A stretch of 64,000 nt of DNA from Scyliorhinus canicula (Eukaryota). A program made the translations under genes and the position numbers. The notes beneath the pieces were generated by a model. The model was not told where the DNA came from and ran no database searches. It worked only from the letters and a program-made list of their open reading frames with translations. This document shows, in pieces, positions 61,650 through 64,000 of the stretch (position 1 is the stretch's first letter; each line of letters starts with the position of its first letter). The DNA lies in the NCBI RefSeq assembly GCF_902713615.1, contig NC_052147.1, positions 12,225,664 to 12,289,663 on the forward strand, written 5' to 3'.

Positions 61650-62011
61650 CTCATTCTCTTTTCCAAGACAAAGATTTATTACCAAATTACAAATGGTACG
61701 CTGAATAAAACATAATAAAACATAATAAAGTGGTATTAAAATAGATTTGTTTTCCCCTGATTCCGCTGTGATGATTTAGCTCCACATTAGTTAACACAAA
61801 GGAATGATCATAATAGAACAGGACTTGTTACAGCTCTCAGAGATTTCGTAAGGTACAATTAATTCTTCTGAATTCCAAGCAATTCCAACAGCTAATTTTA
61901 CAAAGCATGATCTCACAAAAAAGCTGTGAGGTGGTTGACCAATTAATCTGTTTTAGTTGGTATTAATTCAGGAAATGGGAGGTCTGGCGACGCAGTTTGC
62001 GTCCCTACCTT

Positions 62012-62365
62012 TTTTTCTTATTTGTTCATGGGATGTGGGCATCGCTAGCAAGGCCAGCATTTGTTGCCCATCCCTAATTGCCCTTGAGGGGGCAGTTAAG
62101 AGTCAACCACGTTGCTGTGGGTCTGGAGTCACATGTAGACCAGACCGGGTAAGGACGGCAGATTTCCTTCCCCAAAGGACATTAGTGAACCAGATGGGTT
62201 TTTACGACCATCGACAATGGTTTCATGGTCATCATTGGACTTTTAATTCCAGATTTTTTAAAAATGGAATTCATATGTCACCATCAGCTATGGTGGGCCC
62301 TCAGAACATGACCCCAGGTTTCTGGATTACCAGTCCAGTGAGAATACAATGACGCCACCGCCCCT
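62012..62365 (-). mobile_element. tRNA-head SINE family B, near full-length
   Basis: Reverse-complement match to 2780-3128. Confidence 0.85.
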
Positions 62366-62615
62366 GGGTTTAAGTCCCACTTCAGGACTTCAGGACTTCA
62401 CAAATTCACAACATCCCTGTTTTCTGAAGGTGATAGATTCCCCCGCAAAAACGGGCACATGATGCATTGCCCACAAAAATTGGTAAGAGCAGAATAGCAA
62501 GAGATGTTTCAGTCTGTGATGAAGGGACATGGGGAGGTGGAAGCACATTTTTCAATGTTTTATTCAGTGAATAGGCAGTGCAGAGTTGCACTGTTTAATA
62601 ATTATTGAACTACAC

Positions 62616-62945
62616 GGGCAGGGTGACACAGTGGTTAGCACTGCTGCCTCACAGCGCCAGGGACCAGGGTTCAATACCGGCCTTGGGTGACTGCCTCTGC
62701 ACGTTCTCCCCGTGGCTGCGTGGGTTTCCTCCGGGTGCTCTGGTTTCCTCCCACAGTCCAAAGACGTGCAGGTTAGGTGGATCGGCAGTGCTAAATTGCC
62801 CTAGTGTCCAAACGTTAAATGGGGTTACGGGGTTACAGGGTAAGGGTGGGGGAGTGGGCCTGGGTCGGGTGCTCTTTAAGAGGGTCGGTGCAGAATTGAT
62901 GGGCCGAATAGCCTCCTTCTGTACTGCAGAGGTTCTACGATTGAA
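62616..62945 (+). mobile_element. HE1-like V-SINE
   Basis: Head, core and CR1-type tail. Confidence 0.9.
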
Positions 62946-63817
62946 TTTCTGTTTCGCTGATGAGACCATATTTGTAGGTGCTGCAAATTTAAATCAGATG
63001 CTGTAGGCTGTCATAATTATGTTCTTTTGTGTTGAATTAGTAACTCCTTCTTTCCCTTAATACAGTTCATTTCTAAAAAAAGATTCCCGGAACAAAAAAA
63101 AAACGCCGTGTGTCTGCACCTTTCATTTCTCCCCTCCACCCAAACTGTTGCCCACCTGCTGTGACTATCATTGCTAAAAATCTTAGGTTAGCCAATGCTG
63201 TTGAAAGAGGGATTGGATTTTTGGGGGTGCTGAGAGGGAGAGAGGATGGAGGTGTGCAGAAATATTCACAGGTCTGCTTGATTCACAGGAGGCTGAGCCG
63301 GTGCAAGCGGAAGCCTTGGGTGGATAGGAGATGTCTCAATATGGCAGTCACGCATGGATTGCAGCGATGCACCTTTTCGTGGCATCATTATCAGGCTTGC
63401 AATACTTTCAGAAGGCAAGATGGGTTTGAATCGCTGGCATGGATTATCAGCAAGGAATTTTGCGCTGCCGAATATCGGGGTCAACGCGATGATGAATTCA
63501 TGTGGATTTGTAATCACCAGACCCGCAGGGGAGAATGCAAACTCGTGTAGCACTAAAAGCTATGAAATAAGTTTGCACTGATGTTTATTTTTGTTTTACT
63601 GAGGTCTATTACAAGCACAACAGGCACATTTAATGCAGATCCCTTGTTGTGCACAAGTGCACCGTGGAGGAATGCTAAACTGCCTGATTCACCCTTTGCC
63701 ACAAGCCAATTGCTCCCAATGACAAAAAAATAAGGATAAAATGTTCCAGGCCTGTTCCACCAGAGGCTGAAAGAATTGCTTTGCATTCTTAATTATGTGC
63801 GTAGCGTTAACGGTATA

Positions 63818-64000
63818 GGGGGGGATTCCCCATCTCGCCGCACCTGTTTTCTGGTACAGTGCACCCCCCCCCCCCCCCCCCCCCACCCCCCCCCCCCCCC
63901 CCCCCCCACCCCCGCCGCTAACAGAGGGATCCTCCGTCCTGCTAGCCGGCCAATGGGGCTTTCTATTGTGGGCGGGCACCCCCACGCCTTCGGGAAATTC
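63818..64000. mobile_element. Short MITE running off the window edge, with a long poly-C tract
   Basis: GGGGGGATTCCC start; CAATGGGGCTTTCTATTGTGGGC shared with the short MITEs at 8124 and 59594. Confidence 0.55.

Overview
Vertebrate genomic DNA, almost certainly from a cartilaginous fish (shark, probably a catshark), judged from about 20 HE1/V-SINE-like copies, many CR1 LINE fragments and Deu-domain SINE remnants. I find no recognisable host protein-coding gene. The window looks intronic or intergenic and is dominated by transposable elements and three large tandem arrays (30 bp at 6899-7752, 30 bp at 36177-38350, 17 bp then 45 bp at 38790-41890). The longest ORFs in the track are artefacts of those arrays. 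The only recognisable protein remnants are LINE endonuclease/reverse-transcriptase fragments and the N-terminus of a hAT (Buster/Charlie-like) transposase. Most interesting signals: (1) a family of CpG-rich MITEs with GGGCG(C/G)GATTCTCC-type TIRs and 3-bp TSDs (PIF/Harbinger-like), built as a chain of hairpins whose stems show compensatory changes while the loops are conserved; (2) minimal hammerhead-ribozyme motifs in three apparent Penelope-like repeat families; (3) head/tail swapping among SINEs; (4) visible birth of a minisatellite inside a MITE and of a higher-order repeat from a 17-bp monomer. Family names come from recognition by eye, not database searches, and boundaries of degraded repeats are approximate.
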